DNA from: the human T2T-CHM13v2.0 reference genome, Homo sapiens | Assembly: GCF_009914755.1 (NCBI RefSeq) | Contig: NC_060927.1 | DNA: 64,000 bases | Direction: 5' to 3' (one strand) | In this document: positions 15,552-33,246 of the stretch, piece after piece | Position numbering within the stretch: the first letter of the stretch is position 1 | Layout of the letters: every line of letters begins with the position of its first letter | Position numbers and translations under genes: made by a program | Notes under the pieces: model-generated | The model's database searches: none | What the model saw: only the letters and a program-made list of their open reading frames with translations | What the model was told of the DNA's origin: nothing

Positions 15552-16370
15552 ATTATAAATTCTACATTTTTACTATTATTTAAGAGAAAATTTAGCCTCA
15601 AAACATTTTCAGAGCCTTTCTTTTTAAAATTTACCAATGATTTTCCCTATCTAGCTTCTCACAAATAAAAACAAAACCACCCACAAAATAGGGGCTGGTA
15701 GCCTCATAAGTTTTGCCCTAAAGTGAATAAATCATTTCATAGCTTCGAGGTAGCTACTTTTCTATTAAATCTAGAAGCCCATAATAAAAGTAAACAAACA
15801 AACCAAAAAAGGAAAGAAAATTTATAATTTCATATTACAATTATTATTTTACTTCCCGTTCCCTGAGTTTAATAAAAATAGCCAAAGGGAGACAATATAT
15901 TACATGTTTCAATGCATTCCAACCAAAGGATGTTTTTTATTTGGGGAGGGAAAGAGAAAGGAACACATACACATACAAGGCTGGAATTTCCTCCATGTCA
16001 GTCCAGCAAAGAACACTGTAAACCCATGGGCCATTTTTTTCTAACTATAAACTGTATGTTTTGGATTAATAGTTTAAACACATTATTTGGCAGCCTTCAA
16101 CTTAACTTACATAAACTTCAGGTACACCCATGAGCTGATTACTAATTTAGGGCTTGAGAAAAGCAATGTTTCAGAGGGAAAAGGAGACATGAATGAGCTT
16201 AATATGTAAGTACACTAGCTAAAGGGCATAATTAAAACTACATCACTCCTTTAAATCTACATAATTATGTCCCAAAGACATTCTCATTAGTATCTTTTAT
16301 TTTGCCACTAAACCAGAAAGGACTTCATGTCTACATAGTTGGGAAATTCATATAAAATTTAAAAAGCTAA

Positions 16371-16690
16371 GGCCAGCTGTACGCATCAGCTCACGCCTGT
16401 AATCCCAGCACTTTGGGAGGCTGAGGAGGGTGGATCACCTGAGCAGGAGTTTGAGAACAGCTTGACCAATATGGCAAAACCCTGCCTCTACTAAAAATAC
16501 AAAAATTAGCCAGGCATGGTGGCATGTGCCTGTAATCCCAGATACTCGGGAGGCTGACACAGGAGAATTGCTTGGAGACAGGAGAATTGCTTGAACCCAG
16601 GAGGCAGAGGTTGCAGTGAGCGAAGATCGCACCACTGCACTCCAACCTGGGTGACAAAGCAAGAGTCTGTCTCCAAATAAATAAATAAAA
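16371..16690 (+). mobile_element. AluS with a small internal duplication
   Basis: TSD aaaaagctaa; acaggagaattgcttg occurs twice at about 16559-16593. Confidence 0.93.
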
Positions 16691-17349
16691 AAGCTAAGGC
16701 ATATATAAGTCAGATAAAGTGTTTGCAAAATTCAACGACTGAACTTCCCTTTTTAAAGTAAAATCTGCCATTAAGTAATATATAAATCCAGTCAACCATC
16801 ACTGCTACCACAATATCAGTAGGTAACCTTATGCCCCAAATTTCAGAGGGGAAAATAACCAGAAAGAATTAAACTATTTTTAATTTTAGAAGACAGAATG
16901 CTGCTTTTTCTGACACTAACTCAACTGGAAATCTCTACTAACCAGTGCTTCCTCTACTATACAATGATAATTGATGTTCCTAATGATCAGCCTGAAGCAT
17001 GTTCCAAATCCTGAAGTTCATTCTAAATGATTAAAAAGAAGATTATGTTCAGTAGACTTTCAGTGGTGAGTACACTTCATTATATTCTCATTATTTTAAG
17101 ATTAGTAACATTTTTAGGATATATAGGGCAACTGTCCATCGAAAGGCTATCCCCAAAATCAGATATTCACAGAGGCTATACTGGAAAGCTCTTAATATTA
17201 TGGTCAATTTACTATACATAGAGGAGAAAATCACCTCTCTCAAGACGTGGGACATGAAATTCTATAGGGCATTAAGAGATTCTGTCCTAGGACTTGAAGA
17301 AATTTTAAATCCCCTTTTTGAAAAAAATTGGCCCAAACAGTGGCCCTTG

Positions 17350-17900
17350 TACTCTCTGCTTATAATTACACTGATCAAATCTTCTGAGACAGAAGCTGGA
17401 AGAGGAATTAGGAAGCTATTGCAATAATTAGATAAGAGATGGTGATGGTGTGGACCAATATTGTGGCAGTACAAACTGGATAATGATATACTTTCAAGGT
17501 TGAGCCAGAAGAATTTGCTGAGAGCATCGGTATGAGAGAAAGGAGTAAAAGACTATATACATCAAGGTTTTTAACCTGAGCAACTAAAACAATGAGATTG
17601 CCATTATCTGAGATTGGAAAGACGATAGGAGGAGTTGGTTTGGGGCAGAATGGTATACCAACAGCTTAGTTTTAAGCACTTTAAGTCTGAGATACCACCT
17701 AAGTATTACGATGTTTGTATAATCTAGAACATAGATCATCTGTAGATCATAAGTAGGCACTTGGATATCTGGGTCTAGAGCTCAGGGAGGTGGTTAGGCT
17801 GAAAATATGCCCTTAGGAGTTATTGGCATATAGATCTATGTGAAGCCATAAGAAAGGATGAGATCACCTGAGTGTAAAATAAAGAACTAAGGTGTTTCCT
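17350..17900. mobile_element. L2 fragment
   Basis: L2-like motifs: aggaagctattgcaataat, gagcttagttttaag-like sequence, ggatgagatcacct. Confidence 0.6.
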
Positions 17901-17932
17901 GGAGTGCTAAACTATCTAAGAAGAATATAATA

Positions 17933-20674
<2,742 letters not shown>

Positions 20675-21168
20675 TACCACCTTAGCGATGTTAAATACCT
20701 ATATCTATGTTGTCTAGGATCTATCCCGTCAAGTATCCTATGTACTATTCTAAACCAATTCTTCAATTATTTTAAATCAGCAAGTAAATTTATCTTTGCT
20801 GAAAATGAGGAAAGATGGTTATTGTGAAATCAATCAGATGGAACTTGACCTGAGTAGGCCCTTAGATACAATTTTGAGAAAGGCATAACTAGCTGCAGAT
20901 AAGAAGTACAAGGTAAAGCCAAAAAAAGACTGCAAGAATTCACTAGAATAGGTAAACACTGAAGTCAGGGCAGTCAACAGTTCTGCTTGGATGATGACAC
21001 AGTTCTGAAGGGTGACCCAAGTGATTTCTGCAATAATAACTTCCATGGATTCAACTTAGATACTTTAAGCATGCTATCAAAAATTCAAATATTCAAAAAA
21101 TGTATGACAAACATAAAAAGTTTGAGAGGCACTGATCTTATATCTTTGTATCACCTCAAAGCCCAAAA

Positions 21169-21463
21169 CTTTTTTTTTTTTCTTTAAGACACAGGGTGTC
21201 ACTCTATCTCCCAGGCTAGAGTGAAGTGGCATGCTCATGGCTCACTGTAACCTTGAACTCCTGGGCTCAATCCCATCTCAGCCTCCCAAATAGCTGAGAC
21301 TACAGGTGTGTATCACCACACCCAGCTGATTTTTTTATTTTTTTGGAGAGAGGGAGTCTTGCTGTGTTGCCTAGGCTGGTCTTGAGCTCCTGGGCTCAAG
21401 TGATCTTCCCACCTTGGCCTCCCATAGCGCTGAGATTATAGGTGTGAGCCACCATGCCCAGCC
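21169..21463 (-). mobile_element. AluJ
   Basis: Diverged dimer with J-type ctcctgggctcaag motifs. Confidence 0.9.
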
Positions 21464-22519
21464 CCAAAATGTATCTCGTTAATGACTACCTAAAAGTTAG
21501 CATCTTGGCATTGATTAGAAAATTGAACCCTGAAAAGAGCTCAGCACCCTCAACCAACTTGCTTTGGACATCTGACATTTTAAAAGAAATAAAAACATGT
21601 GTATCAAGGAACCGCCATATATATTTTCTAACTTCTATATATATATTAAGAAAGATAAAGATCAGAAGACAGCAATAAAACCAACCTGTAATTTCTCAGC
21701 ATCCAGCAGGAATACTTTAACTGAAACTTAATAACATGCTCTCAGCTTATACAAAGGTTCAGCGTAAGACTCTCCACTTGAGTAATGGTTCTATGTGTTT
21801 AGCCAAACCATGGTTTAAAAGGTCCTTTATTATGTTACCAACAACCTTTATATGAATATTTCATGGATCATAAAATATTCATGCATCCCAATTCTGTATG
21901 TCCAAATCTTACCATCCTTCAGGGTTCAATTCAAATATCAATTTGTCCATGAAGCCCTCTCTGAGTCTCCTAGGTAGATATATCTTACTCTTGAGCTTGT
22001 CCTCCTACTATGCTTACTACTTTCTACATCATATTAAATAAGAACTTAGGGGAGGGCATTTTATTGATCATTTGCTATGTATCAGACACTGTGCTAATAA
22101 GCACAATACTAAGGGTTATTATCATATGTAATCTTCATATCAATCCCATCATTATCCTTATTTGAAAGATGAGAAAACTAAGTCCAGAGATGCTGACTTA
22201 ACCAAAGTCACATGGCAAATAACTGGCAAATAGGTCTGGGCTCTGGTTTGATTCCAAAGTCTACATTCTCCCCGCCACACCACAGTGCCTTCCAAAACAA
22301 GAGAACTTCCCTCTCAGGAGACTAATGTCTACTTATTTATTAAGTTTTGTGAAATATTTCTAAATATCCAATACTTACTTGAATTTAAACCTAACAAAAT
22401 GTGGTATCTGTCTCCCAAGAGGTTATTATTATTTACAAGGCAATTCAATAGTTATATTAAAATACAAGTTATAACAGTCTAGTAGTATAGACTATGTTCC
22501 CTGAGGTCAAGAGTCATAT

Positions 22520-24315
22520 TTTTTTCTTTTTTTTTTTTAACTTTTAAGTTTGGGGGATATGTGCAGGTTTGTTATATAGGTAAACTCACATCATAGCAGT
22601 TTGGTGTATAGATATTTCATCACCCACATACTAAGCTAGTACCCAATAGTTATTTTTTTCTGCTCCTCTCCTTCCTCCCACCCTCCACCCTCAAGGAAGC
22701 TCCAGTGTCTGTTGTTCCCTTCTCTATGCTCATGAGTTCTCATCATTTAACTCCCGCTTATAAATGAGAACATGCAGCATTTGATTTTCTGTTCCTGCAT
22801 TAATTTGCTAAGGATAATGGCCTCCACCTCCATCCATGTTCCTGCAAAAGACATGATCTTGTTCTTTTTTATGGCTGAAGAGTATTCAGCCATAAAATGT
22901 GGTATATGTGTACCACATTGTCTTTACCCAATCTGTCACTGATGGGCACTTAGGGTGATTCCATGTCTTTGCTATTGTGAATAGTACTACAATGAACATT
23001 CGCATGCATATGTCTTTATGGTAGAATGATTTATATTCCTCTTATACTCGGTAATAGCATTGCTGGGTCAAATGGTAATTCTGTATTTAGCTCTTTGAGG
23101 AATTGCCATACTGCTTTCCACAATGGTTGAACTAATTTACACTCCCACCAACAGTGTATGTGTTCCCTTTTCTCCACAACCTCACCAGCATCTATTATTT
23201 TTTGACTTTTTAATAATAGCCATTCTGACTGGTATGAGATGGTATCTCACTGTGGTTCTGATTTGCATTTCTCTAATGATCAGTGATACTAAGCTTATTC
23301 TCCTATGCTTGTTGGCCACATGTATGTCTTCTTTAGAAAAGTATCTGTTCATGTTCTTAGCCTACTTTTTAATGGACTTTTTTTTTGTTTTTCTTTTAAA
23401 TTTAAGTTCCTTATAGATACTGGATATTAGACCTTTGTCAGATGCACAGTTGGCAAATATTTTCTCCCATTTGGTAGGTTGTCTGTTTACTCTGTTGATA
23501 GTTTCTTTTGCTGTGCAGAAGCTCTTAAGTTTAATTAGATCCCATTTGCCAATATGTGCTTTTGTTGCAATTGCTTCTGGTATCTTTGTCATGAAATCTT
23601 TGTCCATTTCTAATGTCCAGGATGGTACTGTCTAGGTTGTCTTCCAGGGTTTGTAATGTTTTGGGTTTAACATTTAAGTCTTTAATCCATCTTGAGTTGA
23701 TTTTTTTATATGGTGTAAGGAAAGGGTCCAGTTTCAGTCTTCTACATATGGCTAGTCAGTTATCCCAGCACTACTTGTTGAATAGGCAGTCCTTTCACCA
23801 TTGCTTTTGTTGGCTTTGTTGAAGATCAGATGGTCGTAGGTGTGCAGCCTTATTTCTGGGCTTTCTATTCTGTTCCATTGGTCTATGTCTGTTTTTGTAC
23901 CAGTACCATGTTGTTTTGGTTACTGTAGCCCTGTAGTATAGTTTGAAGTTAGATAACATGATGCCTCCAGCTTTGTTCTTTTTGCTTAGGATTGCTTTGG
24001 CTACTAAGGCCTTTTTGGTTCCATACGAATTTTAAAATAGTTTTTCTAGTTCTGTGAAGAATGTCATTGGTAGTTGGATAGGAATAGCATTGAATCTATA
24101 AATTACTTTGGCCAGAATGTCCATTTTAATGATACTGATTTTTCCTATCTGTGAGTATGGGATGTTTTTCCATTTGTTTGTGTCATCTCTGATTTCTTTG
24201 AGCAGTATTTTCTAATTCTCATTGTAGAGCTCATTCCCCTCTCTTGTTAGCTGTATTCCTAAGTATGTTATTCTTATTATGGCAATTGTGAATGGTGGCA
24301 TTGTGTTCCTGATTA
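22520..24315 (-). mobile_element. 5'-truncated L1PA (about PA13-16): ORF2 C-terminal remnant and 3' UTR
   Basis: Poly-T at about 22520; the ORF at 23362-23607 gives KDFMTK...[33 protein letters not shown], a typical L1 ORF2p segment. Confidence 0.92.
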
Positions 24316-24652
24316 CTGACAGTCCTTAAAACATTAGTATACAGACAGAGTTTAATAAATATGAAAATAAAAGCTCTTCTTGTCCAAGAAAATTATATTT
24401 CTTTCCAAAAATGAGAATCATGGACTTTTTCTATCCCCCTTAGCTAAAGTTAGGGCTCAAGTAGAATAATTAATTTAGCCAGGTGTTCAGCAATGTCTAA
24501 TTCTCTGTTCCTTTCAATATTTTGTTTTTATTTTTCATTTTTCTAAAGGAAGAAGACAATGTCATAAAGCTTATCTAGTGTTTGTGGTATGGCCCATCCA
24601 ATGAACAGAAAAATCATGTGAATCCCGGAACTTCTACCTAGCAGTAAACTCA

Positions 24653-25054
<402 letters not shown>

Positions 25055-28000
25055 TTACAAAAAGTGCCAGACATACTGCAGGACTTAATAAAGGTTAGCA
25101 TTCCCCACTCTAACAAATTATTTTAAATGCCTCAACCATGCCAAAGGATAGCAAGTTTACTTTAAATCAGCCATCTTCTCAAAAAGCCACTTAAAATGTT
25201 AAATGTTTCAAAGAAAAATAACATTATTTTTTAGTCCATTTGTCTCTATCAACAAAATATTATATCCCCTTTTGATACACATTCTTTCCCTACAAATAAA
25301 GCAGACAATGTGCTCTTTTAGAACTTTGGTTTATCTTTGTAAAGAGAAAATAATACAAGGCATTCACTGTGGCACTCACAGTCTGCTTTCTCTAAGGACA
25401 AGCCTGTCTATACACAACAGTCAGAAAAGCAAATGATCTGGCTGGAAGGGTTCCCTGAAAGAATGAAAACACATTCCTTAGCAATTATACTTTTAAATGA
25501 AAAGTCTGTCTTTATGACAACAGCAAGATTTAAATATGAAGGAAAAAACCATGAAGTAGCATATCCTTCAATTTTTCAAAGAGAAAACTAATGGCTTAAC
25601 ACACTTAGGTCCATTTTTGGCCAACGAATACATATTAAGAAAAGACTAGGTGCAGAGCATTCTTTCCTATGCAAGAGATGGGTGGGGAGAATATAAAAAC
25701 TTTAAGATAGAATCCCTGCTATTTAGACACTTAAAATTTAGTGGAGGTTGAAAGAGGTGTTAGTCACTGCTGGCTAAGGTGCTCAGGAAAGGATTAACAC
25801 AGGGCTGGGCCTTCTGTGATAAACAGAAAGGATTCTAGAGCTCTTATCAACAGAGGCTTAAACTAAACCTAGTTCATCCCCAATGTACTAAAATTAATTC
25901 CAACCAGTTGCCCCTTAATTATTCAGAATTCTCTCCCCTACCAGACAGTATAATTTCTTCCTTTTCTCTAGGTAATAAATTTATACACACTATAGGTAGA
26001 TTAAAATTATCTTTTAAAAAATCACATAAATCTTTAGGAATGATCTTGAATGTGAAAATCTAAGTCTAACAAAATATAGCTTTTAAAATAACATTTACAT
26101 GTAAACAATATGTGCCATGTTATCCATAGAAAGGAGTCATCATTACTGTTTGGGATGAAACATAATATAGTTGTAAACAGAGATTAAATGGTTTTACCAA
26201 GGCATTATTCAAATTGCATCCTTTATGTAAGAGGCCTTCAAGGCACAATCAATAAGTTAATGATTAAAATACATAAAACTGTAGAAGATAATCATCATCA
26301 TAAAACTGTGTTAAAATAATGTTTAAGTGTTGATTTGTCAGAAAGGACCTATTAATAAAGACAGATTTTTATGGTACTATTCCTAGAAGGCCCATACATG
26401 GGATAGGGATGATTTGGGGAAATCATCTTGTCCCTAATTCCTTAGAGTAAGAATTTAGAAACTGTGGAAACACACTACTTGAACTCACATGTGGCCAAGG
26501 CAAAGCTTTGCAAGGAATAAGGAAGCAAAAAAGGAGGACAGAAAGTAGCCTTAAGTACTATGACACCCTTGAAATTCTAAAGACCACACTGCAGTGTTTC
26601 TGCAGTCGCAATATCACTAAAGAATAGGATACCAAACCTCAAAGCAAGTAATGGAGCCTCAAGGTTTACACAGTGAGTTACAGCAAGCATAACAGGAAAC
26701 AAGAAGGGCAACGAAAGTGCATGCAATGTTGGCAAAAAAAAGAGTCCACCTTTAAAAATAAGTCCACCTTTAAAGACAGAAAAAATTGGAAATTTCCTAG
26801 AAAAACAGACTTCATGATCTCTTCTTGAATTACCTTGAGATCATTCTCATTAGTGAACATTATATTCAAATACACTAATTAAAATGACTATGTCCTGGAT
26901 TCATGTTTTTTTAAATATAGATTTTTCAAGAGGCAATTTTAAGTATTTTTAAAACTAAAGGTAGAAATAAAAGCATTATTGTGATAAAACTCATATCCAA
27001 GAGAATTAATCTATATATGTATATCTTTCCTTTGTTGGTAAAGAGACATCAAAATATAATATAACCTAAAAACATCAACATAGAAAGCACACCTTATCTT
27101 CAAATTGGTTTAACAGTATTATTCTATCTAAATTACAAAGCGACTATATTTAAACAAATAAAAATCCCTTTAATCCACACATTTCCTGTGAAATGTCAAG
27201 CTTTTACTATTCTGACTTTATCCTTACATATGGATTTACTGAACAATATCACTTAACCACTATTTAAGCTAGTGACAATGGTATTGTTTCATATTTACTC
27301 ATTCTGACAAACATTTTGCTTTTGAGTACACTGTCTAAATCTAATAGAATAAAATACAATTTATTTGCAATTTTTAAATATTACAGTGGAGAAAATCTGA
27401 GATGAATGTTCATCACAGTGTTGTTTTGAAAGACTACGGAAAACAAGGGGTTTCTTCGTACAAAAAAAAGTCTAAAAACTGCCAAAGGAAGGGGCAGAAA
27501 AGATAGGTGGAGAGAAACTATGTAGAAATATTTGTTTTTTTGAGGCTTACATGAAAATTCAAAGGGTAAGGATGGCATACAGGAATGCAACTGGAGAGCT
27601 AAAAAAATGTCTCAACCAATGCAAAGGAAAAGGAAATGAGAGGTTGAAATAAAAGGCCTTGAGGTCCAAAGATGTGGAGACAAACTAAAGCGTGTAGTAG
27701 GTAAGAAGATTAATTGTGCCCAAGACTCACACACCTTATTGTAGACATCATTCATTTCCCTGTGGAGTATCTTTCCAGTGGGGGATAAAAATATAGAAAT
27801 TCTTTTGAGATTTTAGTAGAAAATCCTTTTCCCCTCTCTAAGAACTTGACTAAATCACAAGATCCTTGAGCCTAGGCATGATTAAGACAGTGTTGCTTTA
27901 CTCAATCCTAGTAGGTAGGCCACAGGGATCAAAGACTTGAGAGCAAGGAAATCTGCCTTATCAGTCCTAGAGTCACAGACAGAGCCTGGTACCTTGTTTT

Positions 28001-30190
28001 AAATGACAGCCCCTCCAAAATGAAGGGTCTGAAACCACCTTCCTCACTGACAGCAGAGACGCAGTGAGCTTAGTGTAGGCCTCATGTAAGCCCAGGCCAC
28101 CAAGCCAGTGCTTCTCACCTGACTTAAGCTACATTTGCCCAAGCCTCACCAATGGGAGTTGGCCTCAGCTTGTGCTGGTGCTCCACTGCCTCCTGCTGGC
28201 CTTCCCCGAACCCACTGACTTTTTAGCTAAATCTGGCTGCATTACAGCTCAAACCTCCACAGACTGAAATCATATCGAAAGGTTATAAGATCCAGGTTCT
28301 GTTAATTCTGAGTACACTTGGACAGTTCTCTTTGCCTCAAGTTTCTTCATTGTAAAATGGTGAACACTCAGACCTGCTATTCATATCCCACTAAGATATG
28401 ACAAGAAAAATGCCAAGCCTAGAGTTCTTACATAAAACTTACGTTGTGGCAAAACATCATGTTTTTGTTTAAGCCTTCCATGACCACCCTATTTAAAACC
28501 ACATCCAGGCACTAAACAGCATTCCCTATCTTCTGCATGAAAAAATTTCTTCATAGCAGTAATCACCAAGTAATATATCAATAATTCACTTACTTGTTTA
28601 CTGTCTCTCCTCAACCAGAATGTAAGCTCCAGAGTTTTAATTTTTTTTTCTATATTGTTCACTGCTGCTATACCTCTAGTAGCTAGAAGACCGCCTGGGA
28701 CATAGTAGACACTCCATGTTTGTTGAATGGATGAACAAAATACACTCTTTAAACAGTCCCCTAGGAAAAGGCAGGTTATGTCTGAGATAGTACAAAAGAA
28801 AATGACAAGCTTATTCTGGGATCAAAGTCGAAAAGCAATCTACTTCGTAGGGTGCCTAATCAATATCATCCTTATCATTCAAATTTTTTAAATCTGAGTT
28901 TTTGTGTCTCCTTCTCTGAACTTATTCTCAATTAAAAGGCTGACTTCACTTAACAGGTGACATTCTTATCAATACAGAACAGTAACCATCTAGATTTCCC
29001 CTTGAGTAAACATCCCTCTAGCCCTTTCCTGATTAGGATTCCTGCTTTTCTGATTGAGCTGCATACAACAACAACAATCGCACTATTAAAGCTATTAAAC
29101 CCAACCATTCTCTGGGTCCCCACAACAGTTTAAACTTATATATTCTCTTACTATAAAGAGTAATGCGCACAGGCAGGTGCAAAATAACTGTTTGGTTATT
29201 TTTTTAAATAAAATAAAATCCTACTTTACATAGAAGTAAACAAACTGGAAAGATGGTTCAAAGTAATTTTTTTAAGTAAAAACAAAATAATAAATTCAAC
29301 AAATATTTACAGGCAAAAGATGGGTGACAAACACACAACAGGTTGTTAAAGAAAGCCAAGAATATACTTTCCCCACACTTCAAGCCCCTGAGATTCCTAA
29401 TCTTTATTAATAAATCTTCCAAAGAAAAATCCTTCAGTATCAGAAGTCTGACCCATTTTGGAGCTTATATGTACCCAATTTGTCCAGAGATATGGCCAAT
29501 TAAAACATACTCTTGATATCTTAAACTGGCATCTTAAGAAGATACATATTTTATTGTATTTTCCCCTAAGAGTACCACATATATTAGCAACAAAAATTTG
29601 ACCCACCTTTTAAAATGTTGAATAAAATGTCATTTTATTTTTTAATCTCATTTTAATATATCAGCATAATCCATAAGGTATCACTGGCAAAATGACATTT
29701 ATAAATGAATGACAGAGTTGAAGTCTTCTATTTTTTATCTTATTTCCATAATTTAAGAATTAAAAAGTATTTGGAGTACAACATCAAGAGCAATTAAATT
29801 TACTAAAGCTAATTTTTGCCAGAATAGTGTTAGGAGAAGGATAATAACACCTGTTTTATTCTAATGATAGACTTAACCCAATACATAATTTAATTTGAAT
29901 TTTGACTAGCTAGCCTCTTGACAATTCATGAAAGCAAGCCCAACCTGTTCAAGTTAATGTTTAAATATTAATTCTTATACTGTGTAATCTAGAATTGGTA
30001 TTCCACATGCTATGGAAAGCATCAAGAGAAGAATTAAACCCTTAAAATACACATATCTTTATTATACACCAAAATATTTATAAGAGAGAATATAACAAAT
30101 TTCACTGCAATCAAGCTTCAAAAATATGTTTTAGATGACTTGGTAGCTATTAAGGGTACCTTTAAAATTGCTGCCCAAAAATAATAATGA

Positions 30191-30750
<560 letters not shown>

Positions 30751-32211
30751 TAGGCAATTAGAAAACTAATATTTGTGTCTAGAAGTTAACAGGTTTACAA
30801 ATATATTGAGAAAATGTGACTGATATAGAATAACCCCTTTATCAACATTTTAAAATTATTCAATATTTCTTTAGTACATTACAGATTACATAGTATTTCG
30901 CATATATACTTAATTCTTTGCAATATTTTAGCAGACATTACTATTGTCCTCAAGAACGGAAAAATCTCTATTGTTAATTGTGTTCTCTTAAGTTTACATA
31001 GTTATCATTATCAGTGTCAACCTAAACACTAAGTCTAGTGTTCCTTCTGAGAGTACTGGGAGAAGTTCAGGGTTTGGAATAAAATAGACCTGGGTCTAAC
31101 CCAGGTTTGATCATGTACCACCTTTGCTGCCTGAGGAAAACGCATTAAACTCTCCATCGAAGGAAGATAATATTTACCTCATGGTGGTGGTGTGAGATTA
31201 AATTAAACAGAAAACATAGGAAGAATTTAAAGCAGCATGCCTGCTTTGCTAACTCCTAAACCTGAATAAACTTTACCTTATGCCATCTCTGCTTTTGCTC
31301 TAAGGCCGTAAGACACTGCTAGAGAAAGCAACATAATAGTGCTGACTTAGCCAGTTACAAATTTATAGCCTAGTACTGTTTTCTCATTAGTAAACTCAAC
31401 ATAAATAATACTTATCTCCTAAGATTGTTTTAAGGATTCCATAAAATTGTGTATGTAGAATATTAGTTATAGTGCCTAGCATATGCTAGGAACTCAAACT
31501 GTAACCATTCTGTAGCTTAGCAATCTTTTTTTTTTTTTATTAATTAATGCCTTAGCACACTTACGGAAGGTGTTATTCTAGACTCTTCAACTTTCTTTAA
31601 GCCCTAAATACACCAAATCCTTCTGGTAAGCGATTCCCCTGCCTACTTTATTGGAAAGATGAGCAGTGGATGTGAGCTCCCACAGCTCTTCTTTCCACTT
31701 TTAAACACTCCTTTACCAATTCATAATTTTTCATATATCCATCAGGTGTGAGATAAACTAAACTCCTAATGCAATTCTTTCAGTCATTCAACAAATTTTA
31801 CTGAGCATATACAATCTGTCAGTACCATCTCAAGTGCTGGGTATATCACGGTAAGAAAGAAACAAATTCTACACTCAGGGAACATCACATAGGAAACAGA
31901 GGTTCATATTATAATAATCACATAATAAATAAATGTTTTAAATTCTCTTTCCATCTCCTCAGGCCTTGTTTCCTCAAGTATTCTCAGCACATCCTCCATT
32001 TCCATGAGTTTTACTGCTCCTGCCCACCCCAACTTGAAAACCTTGCTTGGCACAGTCACCCTCTATACCTAGTATGCTCTATTTCTTTCCTGCCTGACTT
32101 CTTAAACTTTAGAAACACACACTCTATTCCCATCGCCTCCATTTTCTTGTATGCTAAGACCAGGAAATCTGGTTCCTGCTCTAACTTTTGGCACTCCTGC
32201 TCTAACTTTGG

Positions 32212-32370
32212 CACTCCTCAGAGAGTCCCCACAAGTAAGGAGGCTCTCAACAGATGCAGCCCCATGACCTGGGACTTCTCAGTCATAACTAGAAGAAATA
32301 AATTTCTCTTCTTTATAAATTACCCACTTTCAGATATTCTGTGATAAGCACTAGAAAATGGACTATGACA
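32212..32370 (+). mobile_element. MST (MaLR) LTR 3' fragment
   Basis: cagagagtccccac...aagaaataaatttctcttctttataaattaccca...ggactatgaca. Confidence 0.8.
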
Positions 32371-32384
32371 GGGTAGTAGTTAAA

Positions 32385-32530
32385 ACAGTGGTTCTGAATC
32401 TTTAGTGTGCATCAATTTCATCTGGATGATTTGTTAAACCACAAATTGTGGGCCCTGACCCCAGAACTTGATTCTGAGACTCCACGTTTCTAACAAATTC
32501 CCAAATGATGCTGATGCTGAGATCTAGTGG
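32385..32530. mobile_element. MER5A (hAT-Charlie)
   Basis: cagtggttctgaatctttagtgtgcatca...tttctaacaaattcccaaatgatgctgatgctg. Confidence 0.75.
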
Positions 32531-32994
32531 TCCCTGAAATAAAAAATCCTAACAATAAATGTTTCATATACTCACATCCCACCAGCCAAATATTTAATCC
32601 TTCAGTAGTCAATTTTTAACAACACAAGTTTGTTCTAAGTCTTGACGAAAGCTAGATTCTGGAAGAAAAGATACGCTTTTTAAACAGTGCTAAATGTTCC
32701 TTGACCCAATTATAACAACATATAATAGACCTTAAGCATGCTGTCATCAAGGACAGAAACCACAGCTACAGAAAATGTGCATTATCAATGTTGTACTTAA
32801 TATCCAATAAAACCAGCTTAAAGCAATTCAGAATAACAACACTATGAGCAATCTGACAGGACACATGCTTTGAATTTATTAGAAGAATTATCCAGTTCAA
32901 TGTAATACTTAACAAAGCTAGTCGCCGAAGAGATTTAATATCCAAGTGCCAAGTAAAAGAATATTTTCATGGTATTCATACTTTAAATAGAGTT

Positions 32995-33246
32995 TTGTGC
33001 ATGCTCTCACGTATAAGTGGGAGCTAAACATTGAGCACCCACAGACATAGAGATAGGACCAATAGACACGGAGCACTACTAGAGGCAGAAGGGAGGATGG
33101 ACTGAAAAACTACCTATTGGGTACTATGCTCACTACCTGGGAGATGACGTCACAGCACAAAATATATTCAGGTAACAAACCTGCACATGTACCCCCTATA
33201 TCTAAAATAAAAGTTGAAATTTTAAAAATAAAAAATAAATAAATAA
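32995..33246 (+). mobile_element. Short L1PA/PB 3' end
   Basis: ctcacgtataagtgggagctaaac...gtaacaaacctgcacatgtacccc followed by an A tail. Confidence 0.85.

Noticed and set aside
21852-21882. 10-bp AT-rich stem, and the palindrome ttgtgaatcattcacaa at 33448-33464
   Set aside because: Short and AT-rich, with no consensus available to show a templated origin; plausibly chance.
23362-23607. L1 ORF2-like ORF as an active retrotransposon
   Set aside because: The element is only about 1.8 kb, 5'-truncated and frame-disrupted.
26742-26776. Small tandem duplications (also 32174-32218 and 16559-16593)
   Set aside because: Ordinary slippage duplications with no functional indication.
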